NCBI GenBank assembly: GCA_035285865.1
Contig: JAYKHS010000030.1
Span: 64,001 to 128,000 of the forward strand
DNA from: Candidatus Sericytochromatia bacterium
Lineage (GTDB): Bacteria; Cyanobacteriota; Sericytochromatia; S15B-MN24; VGJW01
Reading direction: 5' to 3'
DNA length: 64,000 bases
Shown: positions 1 through 9,181 of the stretch, in pieces
Numbering within the stretch: the first letter of the stretch is position 1
How the letters are laid out: each line of letters starts with the position of its first letter
Translations under genes and position numbers: made by a program
Notes under the pieces: model-generated
The model's database searches: none
What the model was told of the DNA's origin: nothing
The model's input: only the letters and a program-made list of their open reading frames with translations

Positions 1-308
1 TGGTAGTCCCGGGTAACCTGCGTGTTCTGTACCAACGGATCGCGGCCTGCCGCACCGAGCAACGCGATATGGGGCACATCGAATGCCGATTTCTCGGTGG
101 TTGCCGCCTTTGCGACCGCAACCACGGACGCGAGGTTGCCAGAACTCGCGAGGGGCCTCGCGGTCGGGACGCCTGACCTCACAAGGCTATCGGACGGGAT
201 CCCCTTTGGCTGCACGGGATCGACCCGGTCGGCTGATGGACCGACACCCGGCCCGCCCTGACGTCCGAAGGGGGACAGGGCTCCATGGTCGTGCAGACGT
301 GGCTTCAC
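1..308 (-). CDS. Hypothetical protein, 5' part only (runs off the left edge), divergent from carH
   Basis: Minus-strand frame is open from GTG at 308 to base 1 (MKPRLHDHGALSPFGRQ...DPLVQNTQVTRDY). A purine-rich GGACAGG lies upstream. Not in the ORF track because it has no stop in the window. Confidence 0.5.
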   Translation of the reverse strand, partial: MKPRLHDHGALSPFGRQGGPGVGPSADRVDPVQPKGIPSDSLVRSGVPTARPLASSGNLASVVAVAKAATTEKSAFDVPHIALLGAAGRDPLVQNTQVTRDY

Positions 309-316
309 GGGGCTAC

Positions 317-360
317 CTGTCCAAGTTGTACCCTGCACTTGACTTGCACTTGCCTGCAGC
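317..360. promoter_or_regulatory. Candidate CarH operator in the divergent region upstream of carH
   Basis: 317-327 CTGTCCAAGTT (reverse complement AACTTGGACAG) matches nAnnTnnACAn. Weaker in-phase 11-mers at 339-349 and 350-360. Confidence 0.4.
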
Positions 361-448
361 GCGCCCGGGTTGGACGAAATGCGGGCAAATGCTTGACAAG
401 CCCTGCGGTGCTGCCGGAGGATGGATTGTCCCGCGGCGAGGCCTGTCT

Positions 449-1411
449 GTGCGTGAACTCGGTCCCTACAAGATGAGCTCGGTGGCCCGGTTGACCGGGT
501 TTTCACCGATGTTGCTGCGCGCTTGGGAGAAGCGGTACGACCTGTTGCGGCCGATCCGCTCCCCCAAGGGGCATCGGCTGTATACGGACCAGGACTTGCA
601 GGTTCTCCGTCGCGTCAAGGCCATGATCGACGAGGGGCGTTCAATCGGTGAGATTGCCGGTCTGGGTATCGAGGCCCTGCTGGCCGAGCCCTTGCCTCTA
701 CCCCCTCGCCAGCAGCCTTCCGCGAAGCTGCTCGAGCCTGCAGATGACCGCGGGACGGACAGCGGTCGATCCGCAATGCTCGAGGCTCTGATCGAACGTC
801 TGGTGCAGGGTGCCGTGCAGATGGACGAGATGGCGCTCGAGACCGCGCTGGACCAGGCCTTCGCCCGCTACAGCGTTGCCGTGGCCGTGGAGAATGTCAT
901 CCGGCCGGCAACCATTCGTATCGGGGATCTCTGGCACGAGGGCGTGTGCTCGATCTCTGGAGAGCATCTGGCCAGCCAGGCGTTCACGCGCCGCCTGCAT
1001 CGCCTCTTGGACATCTCGCGCAACCGCGATGTTTCGCTACCGTACATCATCACGGCGTGTTTCCCCGACGAATGGCACGAGTTCGGCGCGCTACTCGTGG
1101 CCTTCTACATCTCTCAGGCGGGTGCACGGGTCCTGCACCTCGGGGCGTCGGTGCCCTTCGACGATCTGGAGCGTGCGCTCGAGAAGCTGGATCCTCAAGC
1201 GGTCTATCTGTCTGTGACCCGAGACAGCCTGTTTCGCGGCAACCGGGAGGCATTGGCCAGCCTCGCGACGCGTTGGGGCGATCGCGTGGCTTTCCACGTC
1301 GGTGGGCAGGGTGTCGGGTCCGATGAGGGTCTGGCAGCCTCGGGAGTGCGTGTCTGGCACCCCGGGTCATCCATCGCCCAGCTTGCGCTTTCCGAGATAC
1401 TGAAGCGATGA
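449..1411 (+). CDS. carH: MerR-family adenosylcobalamin-dependent photoreceptor/repressor (CarH/LitR type)
   Basis: MerR HTH with LRAWEKRY; W-x9-EH motif (WHEGVCSISGEH); B12-binding ExHxxG (EWHEFG), LGASVP, SxT (LSVT) and VGGQG. Start placed at GTG 449 within ORF 83..1411. Confidence 0.9.
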   Translation: MRELGPYKMSSVARLTGFSPMLLRAWEKRYDLLRPIRSPKGHRLYTDQDLQVLRRVKAMIDEGRSIGEIAGLGIEALLAEPLPLPPRQQPSAKLLEPADDRGTDSGRSAMLEALIERLVQGAVQMDEMALETALDQAFARYSVAVAVENVIRPATIRIGDLWHEGVCSISGEHLASQAFTRRLHRLLDISRNRDVSLPYIITACFPDEWHEFGALLVAFYISQAGARVLHLGASVPFDDLERALEKLDPQAVYLSVTRDSLFRGNREALASLATRWGDRVAFHVGGQGVGSDEGLAASGVRVWHPGSSIAQLALSEILKR

Positions 1412-2481
1412 GTGGTCGCGAATCCGCTAGGTCTGTCAAACAGGGCGTGCTATTGGTGAACCTCGGCACCCCCAATGCCCCGAAGGCTCCGGAAGTTCGT
1501 CGCTATCTCGCCGAGTTCCTCTCGGATCCACGCGTGCTGGACATTCCTGCGGTCGCCCGAGCACTGTTGCTTCGCCTGGTCATCCTGCCTTTCCGGCCGA
1601 GGAAATCCGCAGAGGCGTACCGCAAAATATGGACCGATCGCGGGTCTCCGCTGCTCGTGCATGGGCTGGACTTGGCGGTGGCCGTGCGTCAGCGTGTCGG
1701 TGCGGAGGTGCCCGTCGAACTCGGCATGCGGTACGGCCAGCCATCGCTTGGCGATGCGATGGCTCGGCTGGCTGCCGCCGGTGTCGATGAGTTGATCGTG
1801 CTGCCACTCTATCCGCAGTATGCGTCCTCATCGACCGGTTCCACGCTCGAGCGGGTCTACGCCTTGTTGGCGCAGGAGTGGAACGTGCCGCAGGTTCGCG
1901 TTGTCGGTGCCTTCTATGACCATCCGGCCTTCATTGCAGCCATGGCCCGGCATGTCGCCAAGGCACTCGAGGCTCTGCCTGGTGCGCACCTGTTGCTCAG
2001 TTACCACGGTCTGCCCGAGCGCCAATGTCGCAAGTCCGATCCGACCGGTCGCCATTGCCTCGCCTCCACGGAGTGCTGTGCAGCCATCGTCGAGGCCAAT
2101 CGGCATTGCTACCGGGCTCAGTGCATGGAGACGTCCCGCCGTCTTGCGGAGCGCCTCGATCTCACGGAGGAAGCCTGGACTGTTTCCTTCCAGTCGCGAC
2201 TCGGCAGGACTCCGTGGATTCGTCCATACACGGATGAGGTGCTGCCCGAGATGGCCCGAAGCGGCTGCAAGGATGTCGTCGTGGCTTGTCCTGCATTCAC
2301 TGCGGACTGTCTCGAGACGCTCGAGGAAATCGGCATGCGCGCAGCCGAAGACTTCTCGGCGGCCGGGGGCGGACGCCTGCATCTCGTGCCGGGCCTGAAT
2401 GCCGAGGCGCACTGGGCTGATGCCGTGGTGCAACTCCTGCGCGAGCAGGGCCTGAGGACCGGCGTCGCGGTCGGCGTCTGA
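1408..2481 (+). CDS. hemH: Ferrochelatase
   Basis: GVLLVNLGTP, LPLYPQYA, SYHGLP, FQSRLGRTPWIRPYT and FTADCLETLEEI motifs. ATGA overlap with carH. Confidence 0.96.
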   Translation: MSGRESARSVKQGVLLVNLGTPNAPKAPEVRRYLAEFLSDPRVLDIPAVARALLLRLVILPFRPRKSAEAYRKIWTDRGSPLLVHGLDLAVAVRQRVGAEVPVELGMRYGQPSLGDAMARLAAAGVDELIVLPLYPQYASSSTGSTLERVYALLAQEWNVPQVRVVGAFYDHPAFIAAMARHVAKALEALPGAHLLLSYHGLPERQCRKSDPTGRHCLASTECCAAIVEANRHCYRAQCMETSRRLAERLDLTEEAWTVSFQSRLGRTPWIRPYTDEVLPEMARSGCKDVVVACPAFTADCLETLEEIGMRAAEDFSAAGGGRLHLVPGLNAEAHWADAVVQLLREQGLRTGVAVGV

Positions 2482-3272
2482 TGCCGGTCGAGGAGCTGGC
2501 GTGGACGCTCGGCGTCTCCGTGGCGATGTTTGCCCTGATCTGGGCTGTCTCCCTTCCTCTTCGCAACGCGTCCATCATCGATGCGTTCTGGGGGCCTGCT
2601 TTCGCGGTCATCGTCGGTACCGTGCTGTTTCGAGTGGGCGTCGCGGGGCCGCGTGCGGGCGTCCTTGCGGCCTTGGTGCTGCTGTGGGCCATGCGTCTGG
2701 GTGTCTATCTTGGACGGCGGCAGTTCGGTCATGCCGAGGACCCGCGGTATGCGGCCTTCCGTGCGGCGGATGGAGCGCATTTCTGGTGGCGCTCTTTCTT
2801 CAAGGTGTTCATGCTGCAGGCCCTGCTCGCCTGGGGACTGTCCCTGCCGATGCAGGCCGCACTGCTGGCACCTGACGCGGCGCATCCGACGGCGTGGGAT
2901 TTTGTCGGTTGGTGCTGTTTTGCGCTGGGCTTCGGTTGCGAGGTCATTGCGGACGCCCAGCTGGCTCGTTTCCGCAGGGAACGGACAACTCCGGACGCGG
3001 TGCTGGATCGAGGCCTGTGGCGTTACAGCCGTCATCCCAACTACTTCGGCGAGTCCTTGCTCTGGTGGGGCTTCGGGGCCGTGTCTCTTGCCGCGACAGG
3101 ATCATGGTGGGTCTGGCTGGGTCCTGCTGCGATGACCTTCCTGCTGTTGCGGGTTTCGGGCGTGACGCTGCTGGAGTCGGGTCTGCAAGCGAGAAAGCCA
3201 GCCTATGCGGCTTATGTGGCGCGTACGTCAGCTTTCGTACCGTGGTTCCCGCGCAAGACGGACGCTGCCTGA
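2481..3272 (+). CDS. DUF1295 family membrane protein (steroid 5-alpha-reductase-like)
   Basis: NASIIDAFWG, EDPRY, ADAQL and GLWRYSRHPNYFGE motifs; several TM segments. Confidence 0.9.
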   Translation: MPVEELAWTLGVSVAMFALIWAVSLPLRNASIIDAFWGPAFAVIVGTVLFRVGVAGPRAGVLAALVLLWAMRLGVYLGRRQFGHAEDPRYAAFRAADGAHFWWRSFFKVFMLQALLAWGLSLPMQAALLAPDAAHPTAWDFVGWCCFALGFGCEVIADAQLARFRRERTTPDAVLDRGLWRYSRHPNYFGESLLWWGFGAVSLAATGSWWVWLGPAAMTFLLLRVSGVTLLESGLQARKPAYAAYVARTSAFVPWFPRKTDAA

Positions 3273-3326
3273 GCCAGCGGGCGGGCCTGGAGTGGCCGAT
3301 TGCGCAGAGGGCATGTCGTGCTAGGC

Positions 3327-3348
3327 TTGTGTAAATATTGTCTACATA
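3327..3348. promoter_or_regulatory. Candidate CarH operator (two tandem 11-bp repeats)
   Basis: TTGTGTAAATA-TTGTCTACATA; both match nAnnTnnACAn on the minus strand; abuts the GGAGGAG RBS of the SDR gene. Confidence 0.75.
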
Positions 3349-3357
3349 GGAGGAGCC

Positions 3358-4113
3358 ATGGCGCGACATGTCCTGATCGTGGGTGCAGGCGGCGGCATCG
3401 GCTCTGCTCTGGCCCGTCGTCTCGTGGCAGCAGGGGATCGCGTGACGCTTGCGGGACGGCGCTCCGAGGTTCTGGAGGGTCTGGCCGGTGAACTGGGTGA
3501 GCGGGCTTTCCCGGTCGCCGGAGATGCCGGCGTGGCCGGCGAGATGGAGCGTGTCGTCCAGGAGGCCGAGGCCGCGCTTGGGCCTGTGGACGGGCTGGTC
3601 CACGCCGTCGGTTCAATTCTGATCCGGCCTTTGCATCTGACCCGCATCGAGGATCTCGATGCCGCGTTCCATGCCAATGTCAGGACGCTGTGGCACGCCA
3701 TGCGTGCCGTACTTCCGGGCATGCAGGCTCGCAAGGCGGGGGCCGTGGTGGCCTTCGGCAGCGTGGCGGGGCAGACCGGCATGGCCAGCCACGAAGCCAT
3801 CGCTGCAGCCAAGGGTGCCGTCGCTGCACTTGTCAGGAGCGCCGCGATCACCTATGCCTCGAGCGGTATTCGCATCAACGCCGTCGCGCCCGCTCTGGTC
3901 GACACGCCACTGGCATCGGGCCTCTTGCGTTCGGAGGCTGCGCGGGCCGCTTCCACCGCGATGCATCCCCTGGGACGCATCGGCCAACCCGAGGAGGTCG
4001 CCGCGCTTGTGGCCCATCTGCTTTCCGAGGATGCATCGTGGATCACGGGCCAGATCATCGGCATCGATGGTGGACTTGGTGCGGGTATCCCCAAGCCGGT
4101 GCGTCCCGGCTGA
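3358..4113 (+). CDS. Short-chain dehydrogenase/reductase
   Basis: GAGGGIG Rossmann motif, INAVAP and WITGQIIGIDGG. The usual YxxxK reads IAAAK. Confidence 0.92.
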   Translation: MARHVLIVGAGGGIGSALARRLVAAGDRVTLAGRRSEVLEGLAGELGERAFPVAGDAGVAGEMERVVQEAEAALGPVDGLVHAVGSILIRPLHLTRIEDLDAAFHANVRTLWHAMRAVLPGMQARKAGAVVAFGSVAGQTGMASHEAIAAAKGAVAALVRSAAITYASSGIRINAVAPALVDTPLASGLLRSEAARAASTAMHPLGRIGQPEEVAALVAHLLSEDASWITGQIIGIDGGLGAGIPKPVRPG

Positions 4114-4148
4114 CCGCCATCGGCGGAAGGTGTCCGTCCGGTGTCGGG

Positions 4149-5363
4149 CTATGGAGCAAGCACGCGTTCGGCAGCGCGGATGCCGGCTTCCAGGGCCCCG
4201 TCGATGCTCGACCGCACCTGGGCATCCGAGGCGAGGAACACGCCCTGACGCGGAGTCTCGAGGGATGGACGGTCCGCGGTGGGCCAGAATTGTGCAGCGA
4301 GGTCAGTGTGGACGTGCCCAAGACGCGCATGGATGGTGTCTGCTGGCGAGAAATCCGAGAGCACCTGCCGTAGCCATGCTTCGCCATCCTCGGGTACTTC
4401 GGGCACTTGGAACACCGTCTGGTGGAGGCCATCCGGTGCGTAGGCCGGAGCAATGGTCGAGACGGGGCAAGCGACCCTGAAGGGGTCTGTCGGACGGCCC
4501 AGCAGCAACCGGCGTCCCGGTACCAGCGGCTTGTCGCTGTAGATGTGCAGGCTGACGGATTTCCGACCCTCAGGAATCGTGCATTCCGGAAGCAGCGTCC
4601 GCCAAGCGGAGGGATGGCTCGCGACAACCACGGTCTCGGCCTCGATGGATTCGCCGTCCGCAGTCCGGACGCCCGTCACCCGATCTCCGTTCATCATCAG
4701 GGCGATGACCTTGCGGCCGGTTTCGACTTCAGCCCCGCATCCGATGGCCAGGGCATCCGCGACGGCCTGCATGCCCCGTGCCGGCAAGGCAGCGCCGCCC
4801 TCGGCCAACATGCGCCAAGCCACCAGCATCTCCGCCGCGGGAGCTTCGAGCGTGTCCGAGAGTTGGACTCCGCCGAAGAAAGGCCGGAAGAAGGCTTCCA
4901 CGAGGCGGTCGGATACTCCCGCCTCGCGAAGGAGGGCGGCCGTGCTGCCGGTCCGCAACGTGGCGTCTCCCCTTAGCGCCAGGAGCGTCAGGCGCAGGAG
5001 GGCTCCCGCATCCGAGAACTGCCACCACGGGGCAGTCAGCAATCCTGACAGCGCGAGCGGGTCCTGGCGCGGATCCATGAGTCGCCGCCAGCGGCCATCC
5101 GGGTCCCGGATCCACGCTCCTCGGTCGACGGGGCGCAGGTCGAGACGGCGCACGTCCATCAGGCTGCGCAGGTGAGGATATGCGGGGAAGAGCACCTGGA
5201 AACCCGCATCGCGCACGTGATCATGGCTACCCGTTCCGCCGACCCGTCCACCGACCCTGTCGCCGGCCTCAAGAATCCGCACGGTGCGTCCAGCCCGAGA
5301 CAGTACGGTGGCTGCAGCTAGGCCGGCCATGCCGGCTCCCACGATGATGACCGACTGTCGCAT
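4149..5363 (-). CDS. FAD-dependent oxidoreductase (amine oxidase/phytoene desaturase/protoporphyrinogen oxidase superfamily)
   Basis: IIVGAGMAGLAAA, LEAGDRVGGR, DAGFQVLFPAYP and SIDGALEAG motifs. Start at ATG 5363, directly after the photolyase stop. Confidence 0.88.
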   Translation of the reverse strand: MRQSVIIVGAGMAGLAAATVLSRAGRTVRILEAGDRVGGRVGGTGSHDHVRDAGFQVLFPAYPHLRSLMDVRRLDLRPVDRGAWIRDPDGRWRRLMDPRQDPLALSGLLTAPWWQFSDAGALLRLTLLALRGDATLRTGSTAALLREAGVSDRLVEAFFRPFFGGVQLSDTLEAPAAEMLVAWRMLAEGGAALPARGMQAVADALAIGCGAEVETGRKVIALMMNGDRVTGVRTADGESIEAETVVVASHPSAWRTLLPECTIPEGRKSVSLHIYSDKPLVPGRRLLLGRPTDPFRVACPVSTIAPAYAPDGLHQTVFQVPEVPEDGEAWLRQVLSDFSPADTIHARLGHVHTDLAAQFWPTADRPSLETPRQGVFLASDAQVRSSIDGALEAGIRAAERVLAP

Positions 5364-5365
5364 CT

Positions 5366-6766
5366 TCAGGACATTGCCCCTCGTCTGTCGGCCAGCACGG
5401 CAAGTGCACGCCGGCGTGCCGCGGCATGGTCGACCATCGGGGCCGGATAGGCCGCGATCCGAGCCAGCGGCGGGGCTGCCGCAGGTTCGTGGCGCCATTC
5501 GGCAGGAAGGTCGGCCAACTCGGGTACCCAGCGGGCAATGTAGCGGCCTTCCGGGTCGAATTTTCTGGCCTGAGTGGTCGGATTGAAGATGCGGAAGAAG
5601 GGCGCGGCGTCGGCCCCGCATCCGGCAGCCCACTGCCAGCCCAATGTGTTGCTCGCTGGGTCGGCGTCGACAAGCGTGTCCATGAACCAGCTTGCGCCTT
5701 CCTGCCATGGCAGCAGCAGGTCCTTGACCAGAAAGGACGCCACGATCATCCGGACCCGATTGTGCATCCATCCGGTTGCCCACAACTGACGCATCCCCGC
5801 ATCGACGACGGGGAAGCCGGTACGTCCCCGCTGCCAGGCCAGGCGTTCTTCGGGGGCCTGACGCCAGGGAAAGTCGGCTTGGCGGGTATCGAGGGGCTGG
5901 TCCAGCGTATGCGGGAAGTGATGCAGGAGGTGCCAGCCGAACTCGCGCCAGCCCAGCTCGCGGAGCCACGTTTCCGTGCCCGGATCCGGACGACCTGAGC
6001 AGGCCTCCATCGCCGCCCACCACGCCTGCCGTACGGAAATCCCGCCGTTCGCCAACCAAGGCGAGAGTGAAGATGTGCCTGGCTCTGCCGGCAGATCCCG
6101 TCTCTCGGCGTAGGCCCGTATGTCCGTGTCAACGAAGCGGGACAGCCGCAGAAGCCCGGAGGCCTCGTCAGGTGACCAGTGTCGATCCAGTTTGGTCGTC
6201 CAGGGGTGCACGGGGCGCCGCATCCGGCAAGCTGCTTCATCTGAGGGGAAGCGCCTTTCCGGCGGTACCAGTTCCGTCGGCGCGGGCACCGGTTGTGCCG
6301 GAGAAGGCCGCTGGGCGCAAGCTTTCCAGAAGGGTGTGAACACTCGGTAGGGCATGCCGCTACCTGTCGCGATGTCTTCCGGCTCCCACAGTGTCTGGCC
6401 CGGGTACCGCAGGAAACGGATGCCCGCAGGCTCGAGGATACGGGCCAATACCGTCTGGTCGCTGCTGCCGGCCGGGTCAAGCGCCCGCGTGCCGTAAATG
6501 GCCGACGCACCGCACTCGGCTGCCATTTTTTCCAGCACGGGCACGGCAGCTCCTCGGCGGCGGACAAGCGGGCTGCCTAGGCGCTCCAGATCTGCAGCGA
6601 GCGCGTCGATCTGGCGTTCTCGCCACCACGCCCTTGCGCTGCCGCTGTCGGCGTCTTCTTCCTCGATGACGATCGGCAGGACGCGGCCTGCCCTGGATGC
6701 AGCCAGCAGGGCCGGATGGTCCGCGATCCTGAGCGCATCGCGGAACCAGACGATTTGGACGGTCAA
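5366..6766 (-). CDS. phrB: Deoxyribodipyrimidine photolyase (CPD class I/III)
   Basis: WFRDALRIADHPAL, YRVFTPF, TSSLSPWL, GRTGFPVVDAGMRQLWATGWMHNRVRM and GADAAPFFRIFNP motifs. Start at TTG 6766; the rest of the 1004-aa ORF is antisense shadow. Confidence 0.95.
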   Translation of the reverse strand: MTVQIVWFRDALRIADHPALLAASRAGRVLPIVIEEEDADSGSARAWWRERQIDALAADLERLGSPLVRRRGAAVPVLEKMAAECGASAIYGTRALDPAGSSDQTVLARILEPAGIRFLRYPGQTLWEPEDIATGSGMPYRVFTPFWKACAQRPSPAQPVPAPTELVPPERRFPSDEAACRMRRPVHPWTTKLDRHWSPDEASGLLRLSRFVDTDIRAYAERRDLPAEPGTSSLSPWLANGGISVRQAWWAAMEACSGRPDPGTETWLRELGWREFGWHLLHHFPHTLDQPLDTRQADFPWRQAPEERLAWQRGRTGFPVVDAGMRQLWATGWMHNRVRMIVASFLVKDLLLPWQEGASWFMDTLVDADPASNTLGWQWAAGCGADAAPFFRIFNPTTQARKFDPEGRYIARWVPELADLPAEWRHEPAAAPPLARIAAYPAPMVDHAAARRRALAVLADRRGAMS

Positions 6767-6826
6767 CGGGGCGCACGTCTTTCCCGGGCAGGGCTTACAC
6801 TTTACCAGTTGAAGGAGGTCGAGGCT

Positions 6827-7660
6827 TTGCACGATCCGGTGCGCTGGGGTGTGCTCGGGGCCGGCAGGGCCGGGCGAGCGCGGGCCGAAGCCATTCGCGA
6901 CCTGCCCGGGGGCCTGCTCGTCGGTCTGTGGTCCCGCAGGGAGTGGCCGGATCCTGTCCAGCCGATGAGGCGTGCTCGGCCGGATGTCGTGGTGATTGCC
7001 ACAGAGGACGTCGCCCACGCCGAAACCATCGGGATGGCACTCGATGCGGGGGCCGATGTCCTCGTGGAGTATCCGCTCGTCACGGACCCGCAACAAGCGG
7101 CAGAACTCGACGCGTTGGCGCGGTCTCTCGGGCGGGGCATACGCGTCTCGTGGCTGGGATGGCAATCGGCTATCGGAAGGGCTGTGCGCGAAGCCGCCCG
7201 TGTACCCGGTCCGGCTCACTGGGACGTTCGCTTCACGGGGGGCATGGCCGGCTGGGTGGCCGATGGCCTCAAGCAAGGTCGTCATGCGACTCACGCCGCA
7301 GGGCGTCTGCGCATGCTCTGGGACCTGATGTCGGGTTGGCGTCACGCCGAGCTTGTCGTCAGGGAGAGCCGCGAAGGCGTGCGTGCGTGTTTCCGGCTCG
7401 AGGGACATCGCGGTGTCACCGCCGTACTCGAGGAGATCCGCGTGGCCGACGGCCCGCGGAAGGTTGCGTGGGAACGCGACGGAGTGGCCATCCGACCGAA
7501 TGGAGCAGCGCGTGCCTCGGCCTTCGCGGCCGACCAGGCGATCTGGTTGCGGACGTGGAACGAAGGTGGCTGGGGGCTCGGAGTGCAGGAAGAGGAGATC
7601 GACTTCGTGCGAGCTTGCGCCACGTTGGAACGGGATGCGCGGCAAGTGTTCGACGCCTAG
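6827..7660 (+). CDS. Gfo/Idh/MocA family oxidoreductase, biliverdin-reductase-like
   Basis: GVLGAGRAG, DVVVIAT..H and VLVEYPL (EYP rather than EKP). AAGGAGG RBS before TTG 6827. Confidence 0.72.
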   Translation: MHDPVRWGVLGAGRAGRARAEAIRDLPGGLLVGLWSRREWPDPVQPMRRARPDVVVIATEDVAHAETIGMALDAGADVLVEYPLVTDPQQAAELDALARSLGRGIRVSWLGWQSAIGRAVREAARVPGPAHWDVRFTGGMAGWVADGLKQGRHATHAAGRLRMLWDLMSGWRHAELVVRESREGVRACFRLEGHRGVTAVLEEIRVADGPRKVAWERDGVAIRPNGAARASAFAADQAIWLRTWNEGGWGLGVQEEEIDFVRACATLERDARQVFDA

Positions 7661-7671
7661 GATGGCATGCT

Positions 7672-7704
7672 TTGTCTTGCTTCTGTGTTGATTTTGTGTA
7701 GGTA
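7672..7704. promoter_or_regulatory. Candidate CarH operator (three tandem 11-bp repeats)
   Basis: TTGTCTTGCTT-CTGTGTTGATT-TTGTGTAGGTA, in exact 11-bp phase and ending just before ATG 7706. Confidence 0.65.
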
Positions 7705-7705
7705 A

Positions 7706-8353
7706 ATGGCTACGCTGATGAGCATCATGCTGATGCTGACAGCCGGGATGGTCACGATGGCGGGTGCGGGTCTGACGGGCCTGTCGTACGGGGAACTCTA
7801 CATGCTCGTCGATCGGGCTGTTCGGCACCCTGTCCCGCTGACGGGGGTGCTCACGGTCGAGGAGGCCACCAGCGAAGGCTGGACGACTGATCGTTACGCC
7901 GTGCACACGTACCCGGACGGCCAGGTCACCACGGAGGTCGAGCGCAGCAGCCGCCTTCCCCGGGGCCTGCGTATCCGGGAGATTCCGGGGGGAGACCTTG
8001 AAGTGCGTTTGCCGGGCATCCTCGGCGCCTTGCCGATCCGCGTCACTCCGACGGACCCTCGCGCCCTCACCCGTCAGGGATTCCGTGCCTCGGATGTGAC
8101 TCCGGTCGCCCTTGCCAAAGCACTTCTCGCTCAGGTGGATCGCTTGCAACGTGGTGTGCGTTCGGTCGTGCCCGAGGGTCTCGTGGGGGTGCATTTGCCA
8201 TCCACGAGAGGTCTGCCGCCCGGGGTGGACGGTGCGGAGGCCGGTGTGGCCCCGGACGGCACGGTACGCTGGGGGTGTCTGTATCGTGGCGGTGAACCCG
8301 TCTATCGGTTCCGGCTGATGGTCGACGCCGGGACGAGCAATCGGGCCGGCTGA
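7706..8353 (+). CDS. Hypothetical exported protein, paralog of the next gene (possible LolA-like fold)
   Basis: Hydrophobic N-terminus. Segment VRLPGILGALPIRVTPTDPRALTRQGFRASDVTP aligns with the downstream gene. Confidence 0.6.
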   Translation: MATLMSIMLMLTAGMVTMAGAGLTGLSYGELYMLVDRAVRHPVPLTGVLTVEEATSEGWTTDRYAVHTYPDGQVTTEVERSSRLPRGLRIREIPGGDLEVRLPGILGALPIRVTPTDPRALTRQGFRASDVTPVALAKALLAQVDRLQRGVRSVVPEGLVGVHLPSTRGLPPGVDGAEAGVAPDGTVRWGCLYRGGEPVYRFRLMVDAGTSNRAG

Positions 8354-8375
8354 TTTTCTGTTCCTTGACGAGGGG

Positions 8376-8390
8376 TTCACGGCTTCTTAA
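8376..8390. promoter_or_regulatory. TTAA-N7-TTAA-like box
   Basis: TTCA-cggcttc-TTAA upstream of a lipoprotein gene. Confidence 0.4.
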
Positions 8391-8427
8391 AATACAGAAG
8401 TCCTCCGACCGGAGCCCCGATCCCTTG

Positions 8428-9180
8428 TTGCCTGTCCCGAAGTTTGCCTTCCGCGCCGTCATGGGTGTGCTGGCGGCGCTTCTGGCGGCGTGCGGCGGCT
8501 CTCCTCCTTCCGGGACAATGCCGGATCCGGTGCTTCCGGGGCCGATGCCGCAGCCTCTGCTGCCTACGCCTGGCTTTCCTCAGCAGGGTCAGGACGAGCT
8601 GGGTGCCCTGCTGGCACGGATCGATGCCAGCACGCGTCCGCTCAGGGCGTACGAGGCCATCAATCAGGTCCAGGAATGGACTGCGTCGAAGCAGCAGCGT
8701 TCTCAGGCCAAGCTTTTGTTCCGTCCTCCGGGCACGGCCCGCAGCGAGTTCATCTCCGGCAACGGGCCGCCGGTCGGGATGGCTGTACTGTCGCACGGTG
8801 GCCCGACGGTCCAGATCAAGCTCCCCGGAGCCCTGTCCTTCGTCAAGATGACGGTCAGCAGCCGCGATTCCAGGTCGCGTTCCCTGATTGGCCTCTATCC
8901 GGACGAGGTGACGCCGGCCAGTTTTGCCATGCTGATGCGCCAACCCACGGCTCGCCTGACGATCGGGGGCCGAGAGCGCCTCGGGCAACGGGATGTCGTG
9001 CTGATCAGGGTGGAGGGTGCGCGCCTGCCCGGTGGGCTGGACGGTGTCACGGTCGGCTTCGATTCGCGTACCGGAGAGTGGTTGCTGGGACGGTACTACC
9101 GTTCACGCCAATTGGTCTACGAGTCCGCATACCTTCGGCGCGTCGAGCGTACCGTCCAGGATCGCGAACTGGAACTCTGA
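8428..9180 (+). CDS. Lipoprotein, probable LolA-like/lipoprotein-sorting fold
   Basis: Lipobox LAAC-GG, Pro-rich linker, beta-rich domain. Start uncertain (TTG 8365, 8425, 8428 or ATG 8461). Confidence 0.65.
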   Translation: MPVPKFAFRAVMGVLAALLAACGGSPPSGTMPDPVLPGPMPQPLLPTPGFPQQGQDELGALLARIDASTRPLRAYEAINQVQEWTASKQQRSQAKLLFRPPGTARSEFISGNGPPVGMAVLSHGGPTVQIKLPGALSFVKMTVSSRDSRSRSLIGLYPDEVTPASFAMLMRQPTARLTIGGRERLGQRDVVLIRVEGARLPGGLDGVTVGFDSRTGEWLLGRYYRSRQLVYESAYLRRVERTVQDRELEL

Positions 9181-9181
9181 C

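Noticed and set aside
309..448. Possible cobalamin riboswitch upstream of carH
   Set aside because: The region is short and lacks a recognisable B12-box or conserved core.
4149..6059. 636-aa ORF suggesting an extended oxidoreductase
   Set aside because: The extension is an alternate frame over phrB. The Rossmann motif starts right after ATG 5363.
6767..6826. Expected CarH operator upstream of phrB
   Set aside because: No tandem nAnnTnnACAn repeat is visible in the 60-bp gap, so direct CarH control of phrB is not supported.
5366..8380. 1004-aa ORF that looks like a giant photolyase fusion
   Set aside because: The first 538 codons are antisense to two plausible + strand genes and show no domain. 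The photolyase motif begins at about 6766.
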